A stretch of 64,000 nucleotides of DNA, from the NCBI GenBank assembly GCA_026414225.1, contig JAOAJK010000005.1:10609-74608 (forward strand). Direction: 5' to 3'. A program made the position numbers and the translations under genes. Under the pieces are notes generated by a model, which saw only the letters and a program-made list of their open reading frames with translations, did no database searches and had not been told where the DNA came from. Source of the stretch: Thermoplasmata archaeon. GTDB taxonomy: Archaea; Thermoplasmatota; Thermoplasmata; Lutacidiplasmatales; SKW197. This document shows positions 54,405 to 63,715 of this stretch, in pieces (within the stretch, counting starts at the first letter, position 1; each line of letters starts with the position of its first letter).

Positions 54405-55724
54405 ATGGTCAAGAAGAAAGTGATAATAATGGGTGCTGCAGGCAGGGACTTTCACGACTTTAATACCTACTTCAGGGATAATGAGGAATATGAGGTTGTG
54501 GCATTCACAGCGACCCAGATTCCTGATATAGAAGGTAGGAAATACCCTGCAGAACTTGCAGGCAGGCTTTATCCTGAAGGAATACCCATTTATGCCGAGG
54601 AATCTCTCCCCCAGATAATTAAGGAAAAGGGGGTGGATGAAGTTGTGTTTTCCTACAGTGATGTTTCGCATGAGTATGTGATGCACAGGGCATCGATCGC
54701 TCTGGCGAACGGGGCAGGTTTCCGTTTGATACCCCCGAAGGTAACGATGTTAAAGGCGGCAGTGCCAGTTATTGCCGTCTGTGCGGTGCGTACGGGTGCT
54801 GGCAAGAGCCAGACCACAAGAAGAGTTGCGAAGATTCTGCAGAACTTGGGAAAAAAAGTGGTGGTTGTCAGGCATCCGATGCCCTACGGGGATTTAAAGG
54901 AACAGGCAGTCCAGAGGTTTGCAAGTTATGACGACATGGACAGGTATAAGTGCACGATTGAGGAGAGAGAGGAATATGAGCCCCACATAGACAATGGAAT
55001 TGTGGTTTATGCTGGGGTTGACTATGAGAAGATTCTGAGGCAGGCGGAAAAGGAGTGTGATGTGCTCCTCTGGGATGGCGGAAACAATGACCTCCCATTT
55101 TACAAGCCAGATTTGCACATCGTGGTCGCAGACCCACACAGACCTGGACATGAGGCAAAGTATCATCCTGGCGAAGCAAATCTCAGAATGGCTGATGTGG
55201 TAATTATAAACAAGGTGGACACTGCAAGCCCTGAGAATGTGGAGGCGGTGAAGACAAGCATAAGGGAAATGAATCCTGATGCAGACATAATTGAGGCGGG
55301 CTCACCAATCTCCACAGACCACCCTGAAATGATAAGGGGCAAGTCGGTGCTCGTTGTTGAGGATGGCCCTACGCTCACCCACGGGGAAATGAAGTATGGT
55401 GCGGGTACAATTGCCGCAAGGAGATTTGGAGCAAGGGAAATAGTGGAACCTGAGCAGTATGCTGTAGGTTCTATAAAGAAGACCTTCAAGAAATATCCCC
55501 ATCTCAAAAACCTGCTACCTGCAATGGGATATGGAAAAACCCAGATTCAGGAACTTCAAGAAACAATCAACAAGGTTCCCTGTGACCTTGTGGTGTCGGG
55601 AACACCGATTAATCTGGAAAGGGTGATGAAGGTAAACAAACCGATTCTCAGAGTAAGATACGAGCTCGATGAGATTGGGCGGCCCAATCTTGAGGATATG
55701 ATAAAGACCTATCTGAGGTTATGA
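54405..55724 (+). CDS. cpgS: cyclic 2,3-diphosphoglycerate synthetase-like P-loop protein (CPGS family, tentative)
   Basis: 439 aa from MVKKKVIIMGAAGRDFHDFN (SD GAGGTGG upstream) and a mid-protein P-loop AVRTGAGKSQTT. The architecture and N-terminus match my recollection of the CPGS family. Not verified. Confidence 0.5.
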   Translation: MVKKKVIIMGAAGRDFHDFNTYFRDNEEYEVVAFTATQIPDIEGRKYPAELAGRLYPEGIPIYAEESLPQIIKEKGVDEVVFSYSDVSHEYVMHRASIALANGAGFRLIPPKVTMLKAAVPVIAVCAVRTGAGKSQTTRRVAKILQNLGKKVVVVRHPMPYGDLKEQAVQRFASYDDMDRYKCTIEEREEYEPHIDNGIVVYAGVDYEKILRQAEKECDVLLWDGGNNDLPFYKPDLHIVVADPHRPGHEAKYHPGEANLRMADVVIINKVDTASPENVEAVKTSIREMNPDADIIEAGSPISTDHPEMIRGKSVLVVEDGPTLTHGEMKYGAGTIAARRFGAREIVEPEQYAVGSIKKTFKKYPHLKNLLPAMGYGKTQIQELQETINKVPCDLVVSGTPINLERVMKVNKPILRVRYELDEIGRPNLEDMIKTYLRL

Positions 55725-55942
55725 CCATGCCTGAAATGAAGCACAAGCTAGAAGAGAAAGAAAAATGCCAGATTGAGGGTTGCAAGAATACTGCAGAACG
55801 CTCTGTCTCCGCTGCAAAGCTCTCAAAAGTTTATTCCAAGATGGGAGAAAGAAAGGGCTCTGTGCGGATCTGCAGGGAACACTACAGAAAATTCAAGAAG
55901 GAGACAAAGGAAGAGAGGGAACTGGAGAGGCTTGGCTGGTAA
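55721..55942 (+). CDS. small basic zinc-finger-like protein (73 aa)
   Basis: CQIEGC...CREH Cys3His arrangement, Lys/Arg/Glu-rich. Start overlaps the cpgS stop (ATGA) and the stop overlaps the next ATG (TAATG). Confidence 0.45.
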   Translation: MTMPEMKHKLEEKEKCQIEGCKNTAERSVSAAKLSKVYSKMGERKGSVRICREHYRKFKKETKEERELERLGW

Positions 55943-56775
55943 TGCAAGTTGTAAAGTTTGAGGATAAGTTGTATAAGGACCTGGAAGAGTTCTGGTTAGC
56001 CATTGGTGAGCCGCAGCAATCTCTCTCAGGTTTTCTCACATCCGAAAACTATCTGAAGGATTCGCATTTGCTAGCCCTGGAAAACGAAAAAATTGTTGGT
56101 TCTGCATTTCTCATGGAATTTGACAGGATTTACTTTGTTCTGAGGTATCTGCCAGAACATAAGAATGCTGCATCGGAATTATTTGAGAAGCTGTGTGTGT
56201 ATGCGAGAACCAGGGGTATAAAAGAAATGTGCTGCTGGCTTTCTTCCGACAAGCATCCAGTAACGGAGTTGCTCCAGCAGTTTCCCCTCGCTCGTGCAGA
56301 AAAATATTACCGAATGGGTTGTGTGATTTCGCAACGCTCTGTTATGCCAGATAATGTAAGAATTTTAGAATCGGCTGAATCTGAAAATGTGAAACAGGTA
56401 GTTTTCGACGCATTTAGTGATACTGGTGAAAGAGAGATGATTGAGCGAACTCTGAAAGGGGCGATACCCGTGGAGAAGAGCGTATTTCTCGGTTGCTTTG
56501 AAGGAAATGTGCTCTGCGGGTGCGTGCTTATAATTGGCTATCCAAACGATAAAGCTAAGGCCTACATTCCAGTCATTGCGGTGAAGAAGGAACTGCAGCG
56601 GCGAGGGTATGGGAGGAGATTAATAGAGGGAGCAATTGCCTGGGCCTCTGACAACGGTGTCGAAGAACTGACATTGTCCGTGAAAACGGATAACCTTCCT
56701 GCAATCAGATTATACTCCCGCACCGGCTTCAGGGTGAATGACGAAGTTGAGATATACTGCATCAAGTGTGGTTAA
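55942..56775 (+). CDS. GNAT-family N-acetyltransferase (C-terminal GNAT domain)
   Basis: 277 aa from MQVVKFEDK... C-terminal IPVIAVKKELQRRGYGRRLIEGAI matches acetyl-CoA-binding motif A (Q/RxxGxG/A). Confidence 0.7.
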   Translation: MQVVKFEDKLYKDLEEFWLAIGEPQQSLSGFLTSENYLKDSHLLALENEKIVGSAFLMEFDRIYFVLRYLPEHKNAASELFEKLCVYARTRGIKEMCCWLSSDKHPVTELLQQFPLARAEKYYRMGCVISQRSVMPDNVRILESAESENVKQVVFDAFSDTGEREMIERTLKGAIPVEKSVFLGCFEGNVLCGCVLIIGYPNDKAKAYIPVIAVKKELQRRGYGRRLIEGAIAWASDNGVEELTLSVKTDNLPAIRLYSRTGFRVNDEVEIYCIKCG

Positions 56776-56779
56776 AGTT

Positions 56780-57349
56780 TTACGCCTCCCAGGTTATTAC
56801 AAACTCACAATGGTCTGCGCCGTCATGAACGCATTTTGTCTCCTTGCAGACCGTGTTTTTTGCCCTGCATAAAACCCCCACCCCCTCGAAGTATCCACAA
56901 AGGTAGTGACACATTATTTTGGATACCTTAAAATCTTTCAGTCCAATCACTCCAATCCCTTTTTCATTTTTAATCACTTCAAGGGTTCCTATGGAATAGT
57001 GTTCCCTCCACAGGGGAGGACCCTGATTGATTGCGGAGTTAGGTCCCACAAAATATTTTATAAATAGTTTTAGAATCAGCGAGGCGGTAGGGGCTTCCCG
57101 TCCCATTGCTTTGAGCTTCTCGATGTCATTCTCAAAGAGGGCAAGACATCCCTCGAGAAACACGATGCGGGTCGACAATGGGATATGCTCGGAAGGTTTC
57201 ATCTCCTCAATTTTTGCAATGGTAAGTTTCAATCCTCTCGCTTTCAGGTAGTTGTCCAGATACGCCAGACCTGCACTTCCCTTTTTCTTCCTGAGGTAAG
57301 AAATGTTGGTCTGAAAGATGGAAGCCCTACATGTGCCTTCTGTCATCAT
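56780..57349 (-). CDS. V4R-domain-like small-molecule-binding protein (tentative)
   Basis: 189 aa. The C-terminal Cys-rich region [30 protein letters not shown] resembles the 4-vinyl-reductase (V4R) domain signature. Confidence 0.4.
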   Translation of the reverse strand: MMTEGTCRASIFQTNISYLRKKKGSAGLAYLDNYLKARGLKLTIAKIEEMKPSEHIPLSTRIVFLEGCLALFENDIEKLKAMGREAPTASLILKLFIKYFVGPNSAINQGPPLWREHYSIGTLEVIKNEKGIGVIGLKDFKVSKIMCHYLCGYFEGVGVLCRAKNTVCKETKCVHDGADHCEFVITWEA

Positions 57350-57834
57350 ATCATCCTCTCAAATCTTTCCTGCTTTGCCTTGCATATCGGGCATACCATA
57401 GGGGGCTGATCCCTCGCACAGAGATACCCGCACACCCTGCATCGCCACACAGGATATTTCAGATTGCTCATCGGGAAATTATTCTGGCGTTCTAGAGGGT
57501 TCGCTCTTCTCCGTTCCGGGATGGAGGTCACCTGCTTTTTTCCATTTGCTACATCTTCGCTCACATAAAGTGCACAGTAGCATGCCCCGTATTCATTCAG
57601 GTCAGCATCTCTATAATCGCAGGGGCAGATAATATCAAGGTCTTTTTCCTTCACGCCAGAAGCTAGACGGCAGGGGCATGCCCAGTACCCGTATCTTTTT
57701 TCATTGATCAACAAACTTTTCACAAGTCCCTTGGTAAACTCTGTATCGGAATTCAGGAAGTAGCCAGCATCTTCTGCCTCTTTCTTCAGTTTATTGTAGA
57801 GTTTTTCTACCTCTCCATCCGAGATTTCTATCAT
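57346..57834 (-). CDS. ferredoxin:thioredoxin reductase catalytic-subunit-like protein fused to a C-terminal rubredoxin domain (FDR-type)
   Basis: CPCR..(x)..CPCDY..C.C FTR-beta active-site motif ([10 protein letters not shown]...IICPCDYRD...GACYCALY), then WRCRVCGY...CPICKA rubredoxin knuckles. Confidence 0.75.
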   Translation of the reverse strand: MIEISDGEVEKLYNKLKKEAEDAGYFLNSDTEFTKGLVKSLLINEKRYGYWACPCRLASGVKEKDLDIICPCDYRDADLNEYGACYCALYVSEDVANGKKQVTSIPERRRANPLERQNNFPMSNLKYPVWRCRVCGYLCARDQPPMVCPICKAKQERFERMI

Positions 57835-58112
57835 ATCTTCAGGGTCTCCCTCAACTTTCTTTCGTCAAAACCTACGACACACAGAGAATCATTGATCACA
57901 ATCGTGGGGAATGAGAGCGAGGGGTTCCACCTTTCCACTTCCTTAACAATCTTGTCCCTCTCATCTCCCTGTAGGAGGTCCACATCCACATACGAGTATT
58001 CGATGCCATTATCTTTCAAAAACTGCTTTGTTTTTTTGCACCATCCGCATGTGCTCAGCGCGTAAATCAACACCTTCCCGCGGTTTCTTCCTGGAACTTT
58101 GGTGAAATTCAT
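57831..58112 (-). CDS. glutaredoxin/thioredoxin-like protein (CGWC active site)
   Basis: About 93 aa from MNFTKVP... [26 protein letters not shown]. Start overlaps the stop of the FTR-rubredoxin gene. Confidence 0.7.
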   Translation of the reverse strand: MNFTKVPGRNRGKVLIYALSTCGWCKKTKQFLKDNGIEYSYVDVDLLQGDERDKIVKEVERWNPSLSFPTIVINDSLCVVGFDERKLRETLKI

Positions 58113-58207
58113 AATTATCGGGTGATACGGAAGACATAAGGGTATATATCTTTTCCCCAACCGACAAGGTAAAATAGGGTTATTTCTCTTACCCCTCGGG
58201 TGTAAAT

Positions 58208-59572
58208 ATGGAGGATTTTCTCCATCGACATGCGAGTCCGGATGTGACTTATGCGGATTTAAGAAGTGTCAGGATCAAAACCCTTTACATAGAAATGAAA
58301 AACGAGGAAATCACAAGATGTGTAAGCGGAATGGATTCCGGAATTGGGATTCGCGTGCTTTCAAACGGAGCGATTGGTTTTGCAGCCAGCACGGATGTCA
58401 CTAGAAAAAGTGCCCAGCAATGCCTGGAGAAAGCGTACAAAATTTCCAAGAATTTGAAGGGAAAAACCGTCAGGTTCGAGAAGGTTAATACCGAAAAGGG
58501 TAAGGCGATATGGAAAGGAAAGAAACCCCATGAGACCGTGTCTATAGAAGAGAAAATCGGATATATGAAAGAGCTGCGTGACTTGGCCAGCGATTACAGG
58601 AATGTAAAAAATCTTACCCTCACATACAGTGAATCGTTGATTGAGACAGAGTTTTATAACTCAAACGGTGCCTGCATCCTGATGTCAGTACCGAGAACTG
58701 CAATGCGGATTCAAGCCGTCGCGAGCACTGAAGGCAAAATTACCAGTGTCACGGGCAGCGTTGGAGGTACCGGAGGGCTGGAAATATTTATGAAGTATTC
58801 TCCGGAGGAAGAGCTGAAGAAAACATGTGCCTCCGCAGAGAGACAACTCAATGCCCAGAATGCTCCGAGTGGGGTTTTTACTGTGATTGCAGACCCTGAA
58901 CTCTCAGGTGTTTTTGCACATGAAGCCCTTGGCCATGCATGTGAAGCCGATGGGGTGATTGCAGGGGGCTCCTGCCTTGCAGGTAGACTCAACACGAGAA
59001 TTGGCAACGATCTAGTCACCGTTGTAGATGACCCGACGCTCCCCGGCGAAAACGGAAGTTTTCCATACGACGATGAGGGTACCAAAACCTGCAGGAAGGT
59101 TCTTGTTGAGGGGGGAATTCTAAAAAGCTATCTCCACTCCTTGGAGACCGCCACATTCCTCGGCATGGAAAAGAATGGAAGCGCAAGGGCTGAATCCTAT
59201 GCTGCACCCCCGCTGGTGCGGATGAGTAACACCTTCATTGAGAAGGGAGATTTTGGATTTGAGGAGATGGTAAAAGAGGTGAAGTTCGGGGTCTATGCCA
59301 AGGGCTCGAGAGGAGGCCAGGTAGACACCACGAAGGGGACCTTCCAGTTTTCGGCACAGGAAGGTTTTTTGATTGAAAACGGAGAAATAACCAAGCCGCT
59401 TAAGGACCTCTCCCTGGCGAGCGATATACTTTCAATCTTCCATCAAATAGACGCTGTTGGAAAAGACCTGGCACTGGGCCACCCTGGAAACTGCGGGAAA
59501 GGACAGTGGGTGCCAGTGAGCGATGGTGGTCCCCACATAAGAATAAGGGATGTGCGGGTTGGCGGGGGGTGA
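58208..59572 (+). CDS. tldD: TldD-family metalloprotease
   Basis: 454 aa. FAHEALGHACEADGV (HExxxH) and GxC Gly-rich C-terminal region typical of TldD. Confidence 0.85.
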   Translation: MEDFLHRHASPDVTYADLRSVRIKTLYIEMKNEEITRCVSGMDSGIGIRVLSNGAIGFAASTDVTRKSAQQCLEKAYKISKNLKGKTVRFEKVNTEKGKAIWKGKKPHETVSIEEKIGYMKELRDLASDYRNVKNLTLTYSESLIETEFYNSNGACILMSVPRTAMRIQAVASTEGKITSVTGSVGGTGGLEIFMKYSPEEELKKTCASAERQLNAQNAPSGVFTVIADPELSGVFAHEALGHACEADGVIAGGSCLAGRLNTRIGNDLVTVVDDPTLPGENGSFPYDDEGTKTCRKVLVEGGILKSYLHSLETATFLGMEKNGSARAESYAAPPLVRMSNTFIEKGDFGFEEMVKEVKFGVYAKGSRGGQVDTTKGTFQFSAQEGFLIENGEITKPLKDLSLASDILSIFHQIDAVGKDLALGHPGNCGKGQWVPVSDGGPHIRIRDVRVGGG

Positions 59573-59574
59573 AA

Positions 59575-60936
59575 ATGATGGACTTTGAGAAGGTTTTAAA
59601 CATGGGCAGGGCACGGGGAATTGAAGTCGAGATTTTTCACCAGGAAACAACATTCAGCACTATAAATATAGAGTATCATAAAATTCACTCGATGGATGCC
59701 GTGGACACCGCAGGAACCGGTATCCGGGTTTTTGCAGATGGAAAAATTGGTTTCGCATTCACGACCGAAAAAACCCAAAAGGATATGGAAAGATGCTTCA
59801 GGGAGGCGGTGAGGGCCGCCAGGCACAGCAAAACTCTCAAAAATTTTGTCTTCCCATCGGAAAAGAAATTTCCTTCAGTTAATGTGAGACCCAGCAACAA
59901 GATAGAGCGGCTTTCTTCTGGGGAAGCAACAGAGCACATTCAAACCATGCTGGATGCGGTGAAGGCAGTTAACAGGGAAATATTTGTTTGCGAGGGTCAT
60001 TTCGGGTACGGGATCGAGAAAACTGTGATAATGAACACTGCAGGTGTTCGGGCGGAGTTTGTGCGGTCAGCGTGTGGGATCACGATTGCCACGGCCTGCC
60101 CTACACCTGATAGTGTATCAATCGGGTTTGAAGAGGCAGAATCGCCAGAACTGGATTTTGATTTCGCGGAACTCGGAAAAAACGCCGCCTCTCTTGCCTT
60201 CAATGGTAGAAATCCTGAAAAACTCGAGGGGGGCAAGAAAAATGTGCTGCTCGTGGCCCCGGCAGCCAGGAATGTGATAGAAAGCACCCTTCTAGGGATG
60301 CTTCAGGGACACCATGCAATGCGCGGGGAGAGCCTCTTCGCAGGGAAGTTGAATGAAAAGGTGCTGGGTGAAAATATAAGTATTATAGACGACGGGTTGC
60401 TTGAAAACAGTCTAGCGACCGCACCTTTTGATGATGAAGGCACACCATCAAGAACGACAACATTGATCGACGCGGGTATTCTGAAGACATTTATCTTCGA
60501 TGCCTACACCGCTGCAGAGTTCAACCTAAAGACCACTGGCAACGGGATCCGTTCAATGCGGCTTTCTGCAGGAAGGACCTTCAAGTCCTTGCCCACGCCA
60601 AATTTCAGGAATTTTGTAATAACCAGCGAAACAGCGTCGACTGAAGCAATTCTGAAGGATTTCTCTCCCTGCCTCGTGGTTTATGCGGTGCTCGGAGCCC
60701 ACACAGCCAACCCGATTACAGGCAACTTTGCAGTCAACATTCCAATAGTGTTTGAGTATATGAACGGGGAGATGAAGCCAAAGAAACAGGGGATGCTGAG
60801 CGGCAACATTGCTGACTATCTGAATAGAAGGGTGATGATCTCAAAGAAAAGAAAGAATTGTTATGGCACATTTACTCCCACGAACTTTGCAATGCCCGAC
60901 ATTTTCATACCTGATGCCCAGATAACTGGTTCATGA
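59575..60936 (+). CDS. pmbA: PmbA/TldE-family metalloprotease partner
   Basis: 453 aa from MMDFEKVLNMGRARGIEVEIF (SD GGGGGTGA; ATG 2 nt after the tldD stop). TldD/PmbA fold lacking the HExxxH motif, as in PmbA. Confidence 0.85.
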   Translation: MMDFEKVLNMGRARGIEVEIFHQETTFSTINIEYHKIHSMDAVDTAGTGIRVFADGKIGFAFTTEKTQKDMERCFREAVRAARHSKTLKNFVFPSEKKFPSVNVRPSNKIERLSSGEATEHIQTMLDAVKAVNREIFVCEGHFGYGIEKTVIMNTAGVRAEFVRSACGITIATACPTPDSVSIGFEEAESPELDFDFAELGKNAASLAFNGRNPEKLEGGKKNVLLVAPAARNVIESTLLGMLQGHHAMRGESLFAGKLNEKVLGENISIIDDGLLENSLATAPFDDEGTPSRTTTLIDAGILKTFIFDAYTAAEFNLKTTGNGIRSMRLSAGRTFKSLPTPNFRNFVITSETASTEAILKDFSPCLVVYAVLGAHTANPITGNFAVNIPIVFEYMNGEMKPKKQGMLSGNIADYLNRRVMISKKRKNCYGTFTPTNFAMPDIFIPDAQITGS

Positions 60937-60937
60937 G

Positions 60938-61330
60938 CTAAACAGGGACCCGCATTCTCGTGAAGGGCGTGATTAGAAGGCCTGCACCTACGATGCCCAT
61001 CGCCAGGCTGATGAATCTGATGGTGGGGTCTGAGTAGTAAAGGATACTCAGCACGATTGCACAGCATATGAATATCCCTCCGAGAAAGGCGATAAACAGA
61101 ATTGCCTTCATCAGAATATCCCCTTCTTCGATCATCCAACAGTAAAATTCATGATTGTATAAAATAGTTTTTACGGATTGTCCAAGAGCACCGGGCTTTG
61201 GTTTGAGAAACACAGGTTTCGAGTAGTTTTCATTTTCGAAGTTTCGGGAATGGATCACCAAAACCAGCGATTTTTTCTCCTCCAGTCCATTCACGCAGCC
61301 CATCATCTGCTGCTCTTTCTCAATCTCCAA
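60938..61330 (-). CDS. small membrane protein, hypothetical (2 TM)
   Basis: C-terminal half is hydrophobic (ILFIAFLGGIFICCAIVLSILYY, LAMGIVGAGLLI). The start could be the downstream Met at 61306/61303. Weak call. Confidence 0.35.
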   Translation of the reverse strand: MEIEKEQQMMGCVNGLEEKKSLVLVIHSRNFENENYSKPVFLKPKPGALGQSVKTILYNHEFYCWMIEEGDILMKAILFIAFLGGIFICCAIVLSILYYSDPTIRFISLAMGIVGAGLLITPFTRMRVPV

Positions 61331-63465
61331 ATTACATAGCCGAAGGTAAAAGCGATTATTCCGGTCAGTCCAATCACCGAGGCCACGAACACATAATCAA
61401 TTACCGTGAAACCATCGGTCTGGATGTTGAACGAAAGTTCATAATTTTCGTCTTCTGAAAAGATCTGAATTTTTCTGAAATATGAATGATTGCCTGAGAT
61501 GATGTGCACATACAGATATTCTCCTTCCGTAAAATCAGAAGGACCTATGTATGTCTTGGTTCTGCCGATTATCCTTCCTTCAGCAAGGAGAATGCCGGTT
61601 CCGTTGTAAATCCGGTATTCGCACACACCTGGGTTATTGAGGGTAATGGTTATTCCTCTGGCTGGTATCTTGGTTTTAACACGGCATTTTTCAGTGTACA
61701 CATTATCTGTTTCATTGGTTTCCCTTAAGTTGTTTGCAGGATCGAGGAACACCAGAAATTTGAATTCTCCGGAAGCCAGCGACAGTTGCAAGTCGAGGCG
61801 GGTTGTGTTGTTCACATCAACGGTGAGGTTCTCCCGCCGGCTGAGGTTCCCAATCTCAATTATCGCCAGCGTGCTTACATTCACATTCCCAGAGTTTGCA
61901 ATCTCAATCCGTACAGTAAAGGTTCGATTTTCGACAGGGTGCTTCCCAGTGTCTCCCAGAATTCTGACACCATCCTCTCTGAAGAACTCCACGCTGGCAA
62001 TCTTGATGTTTGGCTTTACCTCTCCTACCCATTTCCTTTCCGATTTGAAAATTCCGTCAAGATAGAATTTTCCCCCGTAACTCGTATAATTGTATGCCAG
62101 AATTTCGTAGTAATCACAAACAGGGACTGTGTAGTTTATCCATGTTAAACTGGTGGTTTTCACCGCTTCCCCAGTGGAATCACAGATGTAGACCGTTGCG
62201 TTGCCCGGATTTTCTATGGAGATTGTAGTGTTTTCAAATTTTGTTGTCAATGCCAGAGCCACTGGCTGCAGCGAAGGAGGATTGAGGAAATCCAGCAAAA
62301 ACCTGCTCCAGTTTCTTTCGTTTGTAAATGTGGTCTTCAGATACTCTGAATTAAAGCTGGACTGCGGGAAATAAATGCTGAGACCCGAGACATTGTCGGC
62401 ACGGACGCCACTGGCAGGCAGAAATGCAGTGATTCCGCAGAACCTTAACACCGCTGACTGGAGGGATGATACAACCTCTCTGGCGCTTTTTCTAATCTGG
62501 ATGTAGGAAATGTTCTGCGATTTTCTGGCAAAGTCGCCAAGGTCAATATCGCCCCTGTTGTTGCCCTCATAGGTCTCTGTGGAGTTTCTCGCCTCTGAGA
62601 TTTCTGCATGGAGGAGAAATGTGCATGCTAACAGAGCGAGAGAAAAGTTGTCCACAGCATTGGCAAGTGTTTCAACCTTGCTTAGATTAATTGCGCTCAG
62701 GGCAACGGAGACAGAGAGAAAGGAGTGGGTTCTGTAGTGTTTTTCAAAGGCCTCAACCGCAATGGTAGCAAACCTTTCTGGTGTGAGCGGGGCAGTGCTC
62801 CTGGCCATGTTGAGAAGAAGGGAGTAATTCCAGCCATTTTCCGGCTCGTCCTTCTGGGAGCCAACAAAATATTTTGCAGAGTTGCGGAGGGCATAGACAA
62901 CTTCCATCAGCGCACCCTGGCAGGCATCGATGCCCAGCACATCAATCCCGAATCCACTCGTGGCTTCCGCAATTTCGGAGAGATTGAGCGAATCTCGCGA
63001 CTGGCTGTCCGTACAGAAGCCCTTCCAGCCACTACCATGGTCCCACAGCACGAGAAATGTGTGATTTCGCTGAAACCGGGTGCTAAAGTTAAGGAAATTT
63101 CTGAGAGTGTCTGGAGAGCCCATATTAACTTCCCGTGTGTCCGGAATCACTGCGCCCCCGTCATCCACAACCTCAAGCCCATTCTTTTTCACATTGTAAA
63201 TCTGTGAATCCCCAATTCCGTTTTTGTCCAGCAGTACCAGAATGTTTATATCAGCATCACTTCCTGCAGCCATCATCTGGGCAAGGTTGTTGTCCGCCGC
63301 AGCTGCAAGATTGTTATCTGCATCCATATAAACCAGAAATAGCCAGTCAGAGGCCTGAATGCTTCTGCCATCTTTCTCAGCGGTTTGCGGGCTCCCATGT
63401 ACGGGAATACCCGGCATGAGAAGGAGGAGAACCAGGAGAAAGGAGAAGTTTGGCTGAATTTTCAT
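61303..63465 (-). CDS. secreted, C-terminally membrane-anchored clostripain-like (peptidase C11, CD-clan) cysteine protease
   Basis: Signal peptide MKIQPNFSFLLVLLLLMPGIPVHG. WLFLVYMDADNNL (C11 N-terminal signature), catalytic His LVLWDHGSGW, catalytic Cys GIDACQG. Many N-glycosylation sequons. C-terminal TM VFVASVIGLTGIIAFTFGYVIW plus RLRKSSR. Confidence 0.72.
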   Translation of the reverse strand: MKIQPNFSFLLVLLLLMPGIPVHGSPQTAEKDGRSIQASDWLFLVYMDADNNLAAAADNNLAQMMAAGSDADINILVLLDKNGIGDSQIYNVKKNGLEVVDDGGAVIPDTREVNMGSPDTLRNFLNFSTRFQRNHTFLVLWDHGSGWKGFCTDSQSRDSLNLSEIAEATSGFGIDVLGIDACQGALMEVVYALRNSAKYFVGSQKDEPENGWNYSLLLNMARSTAPLTPERFATIAVEAFEKHYRTHSFLSVSVALSAINLSKVETLANAVDNFSLALLACTFLLHAEISEARNSTETYEGNNRGDIDLGDFARKSQNISYIQIRKSAREVVSSLQSAVLRFCGITAFLPASGVRADNVSGLSIYFPQSSFNSEYLKTTFTNERNWSRFLLDFLNPPSLQPVALALTTKFENTTISIENPGNATVYICDSTGEAVKTTSLTWINYTVPVCDYYEILAYNYTSYGGKFYLDGIFKSERKWVGEVKPNIKIASVEFFREDGVRILGDTGKHPVENRTFTVRIEIANSGNVNVSTLAIIEIGNLSRRENLTVDVNNTTRLDLQLSLASGEFKFLVFLDPANNLRETNETDNVYTEKCRVKTKIPARGITITLNNPGVCEYRIYNGTGILLAEGRIIGRTKTYIGPSDFTEGEYLYVHIISGNHSYFRKIQIFSEDENYELSFNIQTDGFTVIDYVFVASVIGLTGIIAFTFGYVIWRLRKSSR

Positions 63466-63604
63466 TGGGAATACACAGTTGGAAGGGCTATATCTAACTT
63501 ACGACCCTGTCTGGGGGTAGATGGCGGCTATACAAAACAAAATCAGGGACACCCTCAGCCCTGCTAAAGGCATAAATATAACTTCAATTATCACTCAAAA
63601 GAAT

Positions 63605-63681
63605 GGGCCTGTAGCTCAGCTAGGTAGAGCAATCGGCTCTTAACCGATGGGTCAAGGGTTCGAATCCCTTCAGGCCCGCCA
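63605..63681 (+). tRNA. tRNA-Lys (anticodon CUU), CCA encoded
   Basis: GGGCCUG-UA-GCUC-AGCUAGGUA-GAGC-A-AUCGG-CUCUUAA-CCGAU-GGGUC-AAGGG-UUCGAAU-CCCUU-CAGGCCC-G-CCA. Confidence 0.9.
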
Positions 63682-63715
63682 TTTGGGCCAGTGGAACTCT
63701 TTGGTAGGTGAATAA

